Positions 1 through 11,700 of a stretch of DNA of 64,000 bases are shown in pieces. This DNA comes from Eledone cirrhosa (lineage: Eukaryota): the NCBI GenBank assembly GCA_964016885.1, contig OZ024741.1, forward strand, positions 355,880,001-355,944,000, written 5' to 3'. The position numbers were made by a program, and so were the translations under genes. Within the stretch, counting starts at the first letter, position 1; each line of letters begins with the position of its first letter. The notes under the pieces are model-generated. The model was not told the DNA's origin. It did no database searches and worked only from the letters and a program-made list of their open reading frames with translations.

Positions 1-376
1 AAAAAAGAGGGAAGGATGAAACTGAAACCAAATTATGAAACAAATAGAGATAGAGGCTTATATCAATGGTAGAAATAAATTCTATATTGAAAGATCATAT
101 ACAATACAGGGAGAGTAAATATATTTTAAATATAGGAGATATTTAAATATTTAGATGTTTGTGGAAAAGAATGAAATTACTATGATCAAGTAATATTTAT
201 ATAATTTATAGTTATACAAATTATAAAATTATAAGATTAGATAAATGTTTCAATTCATATAAAGTATATGTTAATGATGGCTGGGATAGGTTGAAGTGAT
301 GTATGATACGAAAAATAAATATAAATATTAATATAATAGATTTACATAAACATAAACTAATAAAAGTATATACACC

Positions 377-377
<1 letters not shown>

Positions 378-416
<39 letters not shown>

Positions 417-417
417 A

Positions 418-477
<60 letters not shown>

Positions 478-482
478 GTGTG

Positions 483-532
<50 letters not shown>
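378..532. repeat. (CA)n/(TA)n microsatellites
   Basis: Dinucleotide runs read directly; they flank the 3' end of a Penelope-like element. Confidence 0.95.
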
Positions 533-534
<2 letters not shown>

Positions 535-2707
535 CAAGGAATATTCAACTGATAAGCTATGGCTAGTCAACATTTATAAAACACTTGATATACCTTTACT
601 CCTTCATTACGTTTATTGGTTGGTGACGCGCGTTTCGCCACTGATCAGCTCAAGGTTCGATCTGTATCGATCTGACCCGACTCTGTAATCTGCGGCTCGT
701 CAGACCCCTTGTAATGTTGATGGAAAAATGAATATACATGCCGTATGAGAAAGTCAGATGTTCCTATGGTGGTCAGTAAGGTTTGTTTTGATTGGTGGAT
801 TAATTCATAGGGATGTTTTTGCCTGTAGTGTATGTGGGGGGGGGGGGGGGTGATAAGTTTGTCGTGCCGGTCGCAGGTTGAAGTGGGTGGTAAGTGTGGG
901 GGTGCTGGTTGTAGGTACACAGTTTGGCATGTAGATGTGGCTGATTTTTGTGTGTGATGTGGGTGTGGTGTTGTTGTTTATGATAAGAATGAAGGTTGCG
1001 GTGTTTATGGTGGTGTGATGATTGTGGTCGTGGGTTGTTAAGGGGGCTCATATATACACAACACCTAGCCTGACAAATATATTATATACATACACATGTG
1101 TACGTATATAGCCAGTGGGGATGGCTGTTGCACAAACATACTTACACACAGACACACACATGCGTTGTTTATGGAGGGATGATAGGCGTGGTGTGTTTTG
1201 GTGGTGTTGATGGTTGTGGAGGTATGGCGATGTGCTTGGTGGTGGTGGTGGGGGTGACGGGTGCGATATGGTATTTGCAGGATCGAATGTTACGATGGAT
1301 TACAGGTTAAAAAGTGACAGAGGAAACACGGAAAAAACACAGGTACATGATCGGATGTTACGATGTGTTACAAGTTAAAATCTGACAGAGAAGACACAGA
1401 GAACACAATGGTACTGAGATGAGGGATGTATGGCGATGTGTTTGGTGGTGGTAGTGGTGGTGGAAGTGATGAGTGCGACATGATATTTACAAGATCTGAT
1501 CTTACAATGGGTTACATGTTAGAGAAGACAAAGGTACTGAGATGAGGGACGGTGTGACAAAGCAAAGGTGGTTATCCCTATGTTTAGTCAGGGTTAGTGG
1601 CTGGCCCTCGGCCGAATGTTTGTGCGGAGAGGGTGGTCATCCTGGTGTGTCTGCAGTTTATTATAATGTCAGATCTTGAGTTTATGGCCGATTTCAATTT
1701 AATGATCTCAGCCGCCTCGACCAGGCATAAGCTGCAGTGGTTTCTGTCGTCGGGGAGAAGGGCCACGCGTCTTTTAACTGACCATTGATCTGGTATTCCA
1801 AGTTCTTGTCTTTGAGGTCCCAGATCAAGTCCGCCAGTCTTGTTTGGGATCGTTTGGGCCTGTGTTTGAAGCAGCTTTTGTGGTTATACCAGCGCTCCTT
1901 AACGTAGTCGAGGTCGCCCCTATGTAGGAGTACTCTTTTCGGCCAGCTGTGACATCGCACCGGTAAATAATGTTTTTAACGAGGCGCTCCTCGTTCAATG
2001 GGCATTCTACTCGCTTTTTGCAGTTGCAGTTGTGGGTTATGGGTTTGTTGTTATGTTGCCGGTTGTTCTTATTCTGTGTGGGGCTGGCCCGTAGTTTGTT
2101 GTGTTGTCTGTGTGGTTTCGTTCTGGGTTGTGCTAGTGGTTGGTTGTGGTACTATCATGTGTTTGCGTATTTTTGTCCTATTTGTGTATGCTATCGTATC
2201 GCCTAGATTTGGTGTTGTGGAGAAGGAGAATTTGACAGTGCGTCTATTGAAGAGCTTGTGGTATTTATGTGTGGGTGGGAAGGATTGTTCCAGAGCTCTG
2301 AAGAAGGTTCCCGGTATATTGGTGGCAACGTGTATAGAGTACGGGGCGTTGTACCGTGTCACGGGTCTGCTTCGGGCTTTACGGTGTTTAGTGTGGTTGT
2401 TGTGGTTTGATGATTGTGTGGGTGCGTTTTGGTCAGGCTTATTTGTCATGGGGTTCCTGCTATTCTGTTGCCGTTTTGTCTAGGGTTTCTATTACTACGT
2501 ATTCGTGTGCGATATTCAGAGTCCTTATTGGGGTTGAAGGGTATAGCTTTATCTCCTTGGCAGTTATGTAATGCCATTCCTGCCGGCTAAGGGTAGTCTT
2601 TGCTTAGCATTTGTTCTAGGTGGGCTGTCCTCGTCTGTTTGCGTTTCTAAGGGTCTGTTTGGGTTTAGCGGCGTTGCGCTTCTGGTTTGGTCATTGTAAG
2701 CTATCTT
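533..2707 (-). mobile_element. Penelope-like element PLE1, 3' half (linker, GIY-YIG, 3' UTR/pLTR), degenerate
   Basis: Minus-strand motifs YNAPYS..NI...F...FPPTHKYHKLFNRRTVKFSFS (2069-2449), NCNCKKRVECPL..IIY..SYIGAT, KERWYNHKSCF and C-terminal CSLCL..INSRSDIIINCRH (1584-1766). Frameshifted. Confidence 0.85.
617..655 (-). ncRNA. Minimal type I hammerhead-like motif (degenerate) in the PLE1 terminus
   Basis: Minus strand reads CTGATCA-GTGGC-GAAAC-GCGC-GTC, with palindromic helix III ACGCGCGT and AATAAA just downstream. The core has C in place of G and helix I pairs poorly. Confidence 0.55.
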
Positions 2708-3622
2708 CTCAAATCCTGAAAGAAGTGCATTCCTGTCTGAACTCGCTTGCTGTAAAGAAGGTAAGGAATAGTACCAGCCGATAAGACTGGAAACATCTAT
2801 AATTTGGAGTACAACACCTACAAGAAATGCATCACAAACGAACTAGCTAAAATATACAAAACATCAACACGAGAAAACCTGACACATAAACAAACAGGCA
2901 AAAACGATAATGACGGAACTAAGCATAGATGACAGAACACAACCCTACAACCCTAGGACACCGAGGATCACAAACCGGACTTTCAGTCTAAACTACCGGT
3001 CAGACTCATAGCTCCCTCTTAATCAGACCTAGGTAGACTAAGAAAATGTATCATTGACCGGGTAATACCAGAACTAAGGAATAGGGCAAAACTCAGCCTC
3101 TGGTCCTGTACAAAGGAGGTAATCGACTGGTTCTCCAGCATTGAAACCAAGTCGGATGTTCGATTCGTCCAAATGGACATTGCGAACTTCTACGCCTCTA
3201 TATCCCCGGTCATCCTAAACAAGGCACTGATCTCAGCCATGAACAGATCAAGCCTCACCAGAAAAGAGGTAGATATCATACTAGTAGCTAGGAAAACCTT
3301 ACTAGAATTTGACGGTAAATTATGGGAACGACAAAATAGACCAGATAGCTTCGACATTACTATAGGGTCGAGTGACTCCGCACAGGTTAAGGACGTTGTC
3401 AGCCCATACCTCCTAAATATAATAACGGACGAGACCACGAGCATGGGCGGAGGTTTGTACCGGGACGACGCCCTAATCATGGCCCGGGGACTCAATAATA
3501 GCCAAGCAGATAGACTACACAAACGACTTAGATACATCTTTAAGACCCTAGGCTTAGCGGTAGAAATAGAACCCAATAGTAGGACAGTATACTTCTTAGC
3601 GGTCACGTTAGAATTAGCCTAA
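2708..3622 (+). pseudogene. Penelope-like RT fragment (inverted 5' part of PLE1)
   Basis: ORF 3173-3622: DIANFYASIS, FDITIGSSDSAQ, GLYRDD, FLAVTL. Same motif series as the PLE RT at 37470-37940. Confidence 0.85.
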
Positions 3623-3730
3623 CTGATGTCAGATTTAGCCTAACGGCTAATGTTTACATTACACGACGTCAATTTTGAATATAGCACTCAAAACGAACAC
3701 AGCTTTCTAAAAAATTGAGTTGTGTACTCA

Positions 3731-3813
<83 letters not shown>
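3731..3813. repeat. (TA)n microsatellite
   Basis: Read directly. Confidence 0.95.
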
Positions 3814-3814
<1 letters not shown>

Positions 3815-3972
3815 GTATAAATTTGGTGGTTTACCACAGGGTAGAATTGGTCATTCTGCAATGCTAATTATGATGTAATATGAGAAAAGCACTCGACGTT
3901 CGGCAACTCATCCATCTTTGATGAAATAAATAATTAAGGAAATTCAACCTGTTTGGCCTCCTGTCATTTTAT

Positions 3973-3973
3973 T

Positions 3974-4070
<97 letters not shown>
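3973..4070. repeat. (TAC)n/(TAA)n tract, left edge of the retrotransposon array
   Basis: Read directly; immediately precedes Dong-like A. Confidence 0.95.
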
Positions 4071-4072
<2 letters not shown>

Positions 4073-7000
4073 AAAGATAAGGGGAGAAGACGCACGAGGT
4101 GGATAGAAGGTCATGAAATCGCTCCCGTAAGTTTTTGATTTTTAACATATTTAAATCAATTGTGAAATAACAATTCTTAGTACAAATGATACATAAAGCA
4201 CCGGACTCAAGTCTCAGAAAATTCGGATCCATAATATATTGTTATATCGCTCAAATATTCAATTTTATATTATACATTTTATACTCAAAAAAGAAAATGG
4301 TTATAAATGGAAGAAAACCCTCTGTCTACACTATATAGAACAGCCAAATAACAGCAATTTCACCAACACCAGAAACTAGATACACCACCTACCCCATCAC
4401 CCCTCTGTGTACACTAAATACAACAGCCAGATAACAGCAATTTCTTCACCACCACCACCACCACCAATCCCAGCATAATAATAATAATTACTACTATTAT
4501 TATTGTCTCAAGATTTCACAAAATGTTTAATTCCAATATTAAGAAAATATGTCAACACATATATTAAACATACGCGACAAACGCATAGATACACAGATCA
4601 AACAAAACTCAGTAACGACAACGCCATCACTATAGTCACCGCCGCCACCACTCCTTCAATACTACCACCACTATTCCCCCATTACCTTCTGTTAACTTAA
4701 GAAAGGGGAAGGTGGCGGTATCACTAGACAAGGGAGAGGCTAGCAAAAGATATAAATAGATTGACTTAGTGACCCGGCCACCGGCCAAACGTCAACGACT
4801 ATGGCACTGATGGCTCCCCCTTCCCCACCAACAATAGAAAAAGCCCCAGCACCACCACCGACATATCCAACAACAATAACAGGCAACTTCAGCAAGAAGT
4901 ATATTATATTATTAATAATTTCATTCTTAAGCCACGCAATGCTCACATTAAGGAACCACTCATGATAATAACAATTTAAAAAAACAACAAAAAAGAAAAC
5001 CCCGTGACCAAGAAATACCGGGATGGCGGCCGGCGGGGAATAGCCGTGTCTCTAGGGGAGGACGACCCCTCTAGTCTTGGTTGACACTCGTCCTAGAAGT
5101 GGTAACACGAAATGATTACCCCTTGGCGGATAAGGATAAAACGCGACAAAATAAAGTAAATGTCTAATGATAAAATCTCATACCGGATCGGCCGTCACCC
5201 GGGTCAAAAAGGGCCGCGTCCCTCAGAGAGGAACCAGACTGGGGTCGAAAAATCAGCTAATGGTTCAAACCTTCCCATCACTTCGGAGCTGGAGACCTCC
5301 CATAACCGGAATACTCCTACTGTTGGCCCTCCATGCTCACCACCAAGAAATCTAAAGAAAAAGAGAGAAAAATGGTCAAGGGAAGATAATAAAGAAGTCC
5401 TTGAGGCTTTCTACACTGCCATGTACTACCCATCAAATACATCGAATACAGAACAGACATATATCAACTGGAAAAAGAAACATCCCGAAAACAGAGGCTA
5501 TATTGACAGTAACAAACTAGCCAATATACGAAAAAAATATTGTCAAAAAAAAGTTACTAACTGATATAGAAATTGATCAGATGAAGCTATTAGCACAAAG
5601 TCAGCGAAGGGAAAATGAAACATGTGTCAGTGAAAACGAGGTAAATTGTAACACTTCGAATCCCAGGGTTGGGGCGGAATCACTGACAACAGAACAAATT
5701 AAAGAAAGAATCGAAAATGTGGAGGGAGTGCATGCTCAAGATGAAACTCCAAATGAAAACAATGAGATCGGAAATGAATGAGAATGAACTTGCCAACTTG
5801 AAGGATGAAATTATGATTGAATGGATGAAAATGAAAGAATCTGACATGGGGGAACAAGACACCCTCCCTAAGATCCAGAACTCCAAAACAGAACCAAAAG
5901 ATAATACACAAGACTAACATAATTCTCAAAAACATTATCATCACAAACTAAACATTACTGATTTAAATCATCTCTATTATGCATCGGCTAAAGTCACCAC
6001 TCACTTATGTGGAGTGAAGATGAAAAAACAAAGGAATTCCCACAAGAAATCTACTTGGCAAGAGAACATCAATCGCCAAATAAACCTTCTCCGATCTGAC
6101 ATAGAAATTTTAACAAACTATAAAGTATGTGAACATGTTAAACAAACTAAACTTAGAAAATTGAAAAGAAAGTACAGTATAAAATCAACAAGGGACATAG
6201 ACATGCTGATAGAAATAATCAAGCAAAAAGTGTCGGCCAAAGTTGCTCGTATAAGGCGCTTTGAAAAACTATCTAGATTCTATAAGGACAATAATATGTT
6301 CAAAAACAACCAAAGAAACTTCTACAGAAAAATTGGTAAGTCAACAATAACTGCTAAATCAATACCACCCAAGGAGGAAGTGCAAGAATTCTGGGAAAAG
6401 ATCTGGGCCGAAGAAAAAGTTCATAATATACATGCCCCATGGATAGACAGACAAATGAAAGATACAGCTCAACTTGAGGAACAAATATGGGAAAATATAA
6501 CAGTTGAACAGTTGCGTTTGGCTCTAAGAAAAACCAGCAAATGGAAATCCCCAGGAAAAGACAAAATACAAAATTTTTGGATAAATGCCTTCACAGAGTC
6601 TCATGAGCTGTTAGCCTAACTTTACAATGAAATAGTTAAGGAGCCAGAAAAGATACCATCATGGCTAGTTAACGGCATTATATTCCTGCTTCCGAAGAAT
6701 GATGAGACAAACAATCCCCAAAATTACAGACCGATAGCTTGCTTGACCACAATGTATAACATTTTAACATCAGTCCTAACTGAATATACATATGACCACC
6801 TGATAACAAATGACCTATTTCCCATTGAGCAGAAAGGGTGTAAACGAGGCTCATATGGCTGTAAGGATCAGCTTTTGGTTAACAAAATGATACTGGAAGA
6901 TTGTCATAATAGACACAAAAATCTATCAATTGCTTGGATAGATTATAAAAAAGCATTCGATAGTTTGCCACACAGTTGGATTGAAAAATGTTTAGAGATT

Positions 7001-8692
7001 TTCAAAATATCCCCCGTTGTCAGGAGGTTTTTGTCATTCAGTATGGAAACCGACATGGAAAACGACACTCCTTTTGAAGAGTGAAACAAAATCACTGGAA
7101 GCTGGAGAAGTTAATATTAATTGTGGTTTTTTTCAGGGTGACTCTTTATCACCGCTTTTATTCTGCATCGCACTTATACCATTAAGTAAAATGCTCAATG
7201 AAACAAAACATGGATATAAAGTCTATGACAAAACCATTAATCACTTGTTCTACATGGATGACCTGAAACTGTTTGCAAAAAATGATGAACAATTGCAAGG
7301 GCTATTATCCACTGTGGAGCAGTTCAGTGGTGACATTAAAATGGAGTTTGGACTAGATAAATGCGTCAAAGCAACGTTCACCAGAGGAAAGCTGCTGAAA
7401 AGTTCAGACATTAATCTTGATCGAGGGAATGTGATAAGAGAACTTGATCAAGAGGAAACTTACAAATATCTAGGTGTTTGTGAAGGAGACGGAATCAAGC
7501 ACTCGGCAATGAGGGAAAGGATAAGGAAGGAATGTTACCGCAGAGTAAGAGCAATCTTAAGAACGGAATTGAATGCAAGGAATAGGATCGATGCCATAAA
7601 CACGCTTGCCATGCCAGTAGTAACCTATAGTTACAATGTCATCAACTGGTCAAGCACAGAGATCCGTAGGCTCGATACAAAAATTCGAAAATTCTTAACC
7701 ATGCACAGAATGCATCACCCTAAGGCAGATACAAATAGAATATATCTCCCTAGGAAAGAAGGAGGACGTGGGTTAATCCAGTTAGATATTGCGTTGAAAA
7801 CTGCAACAATTGGATTATCTACATATCTAAGGGAATCACATGATTGGATGATCAAACTCGTTTTGAAACACGAAAGCATCAAAAGATCATATTCCATTAC
7901 AAAAGATGCACAAAGATACAGTAATGGAGTACAAATTTCAGAAGTCCCATTTACTGCTGAAATGGAAAACACAGAAAAAGCAAAGCAGGTAAAAGTAACT
8001 GCAAAGAAAGAACTGCTACAGAAACTGGGTAAGAAATGGCAAGAAAAGCCTATGTATGGAAAATACCCAGAACGAGCTAACAATCTTGATGTTGACAAAA
8101 CTTTAACCCATCAGTGGTTGGCATCTTCTGAACTGAAATCGGAGACTGAAGGACTGATTATATCAGTGAAAAAAATCACATCTCAATCTTGTGGAACATT
8201 AGCATCCAAACAGACCGAAAAATAGATGCAAATAAACCTGATATAATATTGAAGGACTTTAAAAAGAGGGTATGCCTGCTAATTGATATGTCCGTTCCAA
8301 TAGACAAGAATGTATCTATAAAAACATTTGAAAAATTGAGCAAGTATAAGGACCTGGAGATAGAAATTGGAAAAATGTGGAAATTGAGAACTAAAACAAT
8401 ACCAGTGGTTGTAGGCGCTCTAGGAATGATACCTAAGGGGTCTAATGATTACTTATCGCAAATCCCAGGAAACCCGCGTATAGGAGAAATACAAAAGATA
8501 GTACTAATGGGAACTGCCCATATACTAAGGAAGATTCTGTCAATATAAGTACATCACAAGTCTAAACACCTAAAGATGCATGTGTGAGTATGTATGTTCT
8601 TTCTTGAACATGGCGGACCTTGTTGTCTCTTGAGGTCACTGGTTGTAACTTGGTGATAACACGTATGAACATAAAGCAAGTAAAATGCAGCT

Positions 8693-8694
<2 letters not shown>
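4071..8694 (+). mobile_element. R4/Dong-type non-LTR retrotransposon, family A, full-length degenerate copy
   Basis: Bounded by (TAA)n on both sides; about 1.1-kb 5' UTR, one broken RT-RLE ORF, and a 3' UTR also seen at 16924-17064 and 63927-64000. Confidence 0.88.
5160..8548 (+). pseudogene. RT + restriction-like endonuclease ORF of family A (frameshifts, stops, zinc-knuckle deletion)
   Basis: KWSREDNKEV N-terminus, EQKGC, DYKKAFDS, QGDSLSP, YMDDLKL, YKYLG, PDII..LIDMSVP..K..KY. About 250 bp including the CCHC knuckle is missing near 8166 relative to the copy at 16289-16541. Confidence 0.9.
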
Positions 8695-8732
<38 letters not shown>

Positions 8733-8735
<3 letters not shown>

Positions 8736-11700
8736 TTTCTTTATTGGCCACAGGGCTGATATCAAGAAGAACATCACAGACGGAACAGGACGGTTCGATG
8801 TGGGTTTTGTGCGTGTAAATATTTTTTATTATTTATATAAGAAAAGAAAAAAAATACATAGAATCATGTATATATATAAACAATAAAATGAAAATTGAAA
8901 CAATGAAAAATTCCCCAATAGGGGGGAAACCTCCGAGGTTTACTCGTGGCGAAAACCACACTAAAGACCACGGCCACCCTGACTACCAGAGCAAGCGCCC
9001 TCTCTCAATTTTTCCATCTCTCAAACTACAGCCGTATATTCAGAGCGGTCCCGTTCACTCGGACCATTCTCGCTACATTCACCCACCTTTCAACAAACTT
9101 GCTAGAAAGCAGCACTTGCCTCTCCACCCTGATTTTCCTCTTCAAGTGAAACTTGAAAAAGTGAATTAGGGATTCGCCGAAGAGGAAAGTGTTTGTCTTT
9201 AATCCTTTTAACCTTGTCCACCACACAATCTCTTTCGCCATGGCCACCAGGCAGATGAAAACCGCCTGCCCTTCCTCCTCAAAGGAAGACGGCGAGACCA
9301 TCTGCACAATGGACTCAGTCGACAACCGGATCAGTCCCACACGCGACAGCAACTGTTCGACATAGCTCCACAAGTCAGCAATGCTCGGGCACTGAACGAG
9401 TGCGTGCACAACGGTTTCGTCGCTATTCGCGCATCTCGGACAGGCTCGGCTGACGGCACTTCCGTGCCTGTAGAGCTTATCTCGAACCGGCAGCACTCCC
9501 CGGTAGCACTGCCAGGCCAGGGATTTTTTGAAGTTATCCATAGGCCCCGGGCTGAAAGTTCTCCGGAAGAGAGCAAACAGATGATCTTCTTCGACGCCCA
9601 GGATCTCTCCGAGAATGTCGTCGCTCTTCCCCTCCACTAGTCCTCTATAGAACGCCGAGGTGGATGTTCCACCGATACTGGTGCCCAACTGGGAGAGGGC
9701 AGTGAGCGCCTGGAGACATTCCAGTTTCCAAGCGCTATCCCTCGGTCTTTTTCTGACCCAGGACTGCAGCTCCGTCAAGGAGACGAGCTGTGGGAAAATG
9801 TGCCTGGCGAACGGCGACCACACCCGTTCACCATCAAGGAGGCACCAGAGATGTCGCAGCCTCAGCACATGTTTGCGCATCATCAGCCATGGCATGCCCA
9901 GTCCTCCACGCAACGGGTGTTGACAGCAGATGGATCGTTTGACCATGGGAGCGCGTCCCTTCCACAAAAGAGGAAGAGGAGGCGATCCATTTTGGTGTGA
10001 GTAGGGCTGGAGCAAGAGACGACGGTGAGGCGGTAGCAGATGACGGATGCGATGTATGCATTCGTCACTTCCGCCCGGCCTTTCAGGGACAGCTTCCTCT
10101 CAGTCCATTTCTGGGTATGGGAGGCCACCCTGCTCGTCACCTCGTTCCAGTTTTTCTCAATCTGGAGGTCCGGTCCGAATCAGACCCCGAGCAATTTAAC
10201 CGGTCCATCCGTCCAACGCCCCACGAAGCTGCTGGACGGCATGGACTTGCCTCTCCAGGTGCCTAGCTGCAAGCCCACCGACTTTTCCTGGTTTATCTTT
10301 GCTCCTGTTACCGCTTCGTATTCCTTGAGAGCGGTGCCGAGCATCTGGACGTGTCTGGTGCTCGACACCACCACGGTGACGTCGTCAGCGTAAGCTGACT
10401 CGGATTTCCTGCATCCTAGTTCGCGTGGGGAGCCCCTCATCGCCCCCAGTTTGTGCAGTAACGGCTCGAGAGCCAATACGTACAAGAGGGACGAGAGGGG
10501 CCAACCCTGGCGTACTGAGCGCATGATGCTGAACGGCTGCGACAGGTGACCGTTCACCCTCACAACTGAGCAGATGTCGCTGTACATCGCTGCGATCCAA
10601 CGCCTGAAAACGGGCTCGAAACCGGTTGCCTCGAGAACCGCCGCCAGGTACCGATGGTCGACCCTATCGAATGCTTTGGATTGATCCAAGTTGATCAGGG
10701 CCCGGCCCTTGCCAGGTTCCTTAACCACCCTCTCTATGATGTATCGCATGAGGTGGAGGTTGTCGTGTATGGATCTGTCCGGAATGGCGCATGTCTGCGC
10801 CTCTCCCACCAGACCCTTGACGACAAGCGCCAACCTCGTTGCTAACACCTTGGCCAAAATCTTGAACTCTGCGTTTAGCAGGGTTATGGGCCTGAAATTA
10901 TCAATAACATCTCCCTTGTTCGGGTCTTTTCTCAGCAGCGTCACTGCTCCCCGGCTCACAAAACTAGGAATGCTCCTGTTCTGCTGCCAGTTGCAGTAGA
11001 AGTCTGCCAAGAGGTCACCGAACAAGTCTGGCATAAATGCATAAAGCTCGTAGGGCAGACCATCTAAACCTGGCGATTTACCTCTTGTGCAGTTAGCCAT
11101 CGCTTCCCGTATTTCACCGGCTGCTATTGGCTTTTCGCAACACTGTGCTGCGGTCGTCGAGAGCCGAGGCAGCCCGTCGAGGTTTGCACTGAAGTCCATG
11201 CCCCGATCCGGGCCGCCGCCGCTCCCGAACAGTTCAGCAAAGTGCTGCTGAAAGGCTTCACACATCCGCTCGGGTTCGAGCATCACGCACCCGTTTTGGT
11301 CAGGCAAAGACCGAATTGTGGCTTTGTTTTGCGTTGAAGAATTGGTCGAGTGTCAATCTCGCCGCAAGCACGTCGGTTGTGATGCCTGTCCTAAACGCCT
11401 ATTCTAGCTTTCTGACTAGCTCTCCCTCTACTCTATTTTCCTCTATCACTACTCCTTTGCTAAACCTAATCGACTCTACTTTAATTGCCCTTTTCAGGGC
11501 GAACCGCCACCTGTAGTTGACGACAGCTCCCGTCAACGCCCGCTTAACTAATACGCTAATCCGGTCTCTGTAGGCATTGCGTGCCGGGAAAGACGCGTTC
11601 AGCTTCCAGTAACCAGGCCCTTGTCTATGAAGTCTGTCTATGTCGATCTCACAGATCACAAATTTGTGGTCTGTGTAGTCGACTATTTTAAATTGTGGAC

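Noticed and set aside
5004-5100. HDV-like ribozyme
   Set aside because: A G-U-opened helix is present, but the P3/L3, P1.1 and J4/2 elements do not fit.
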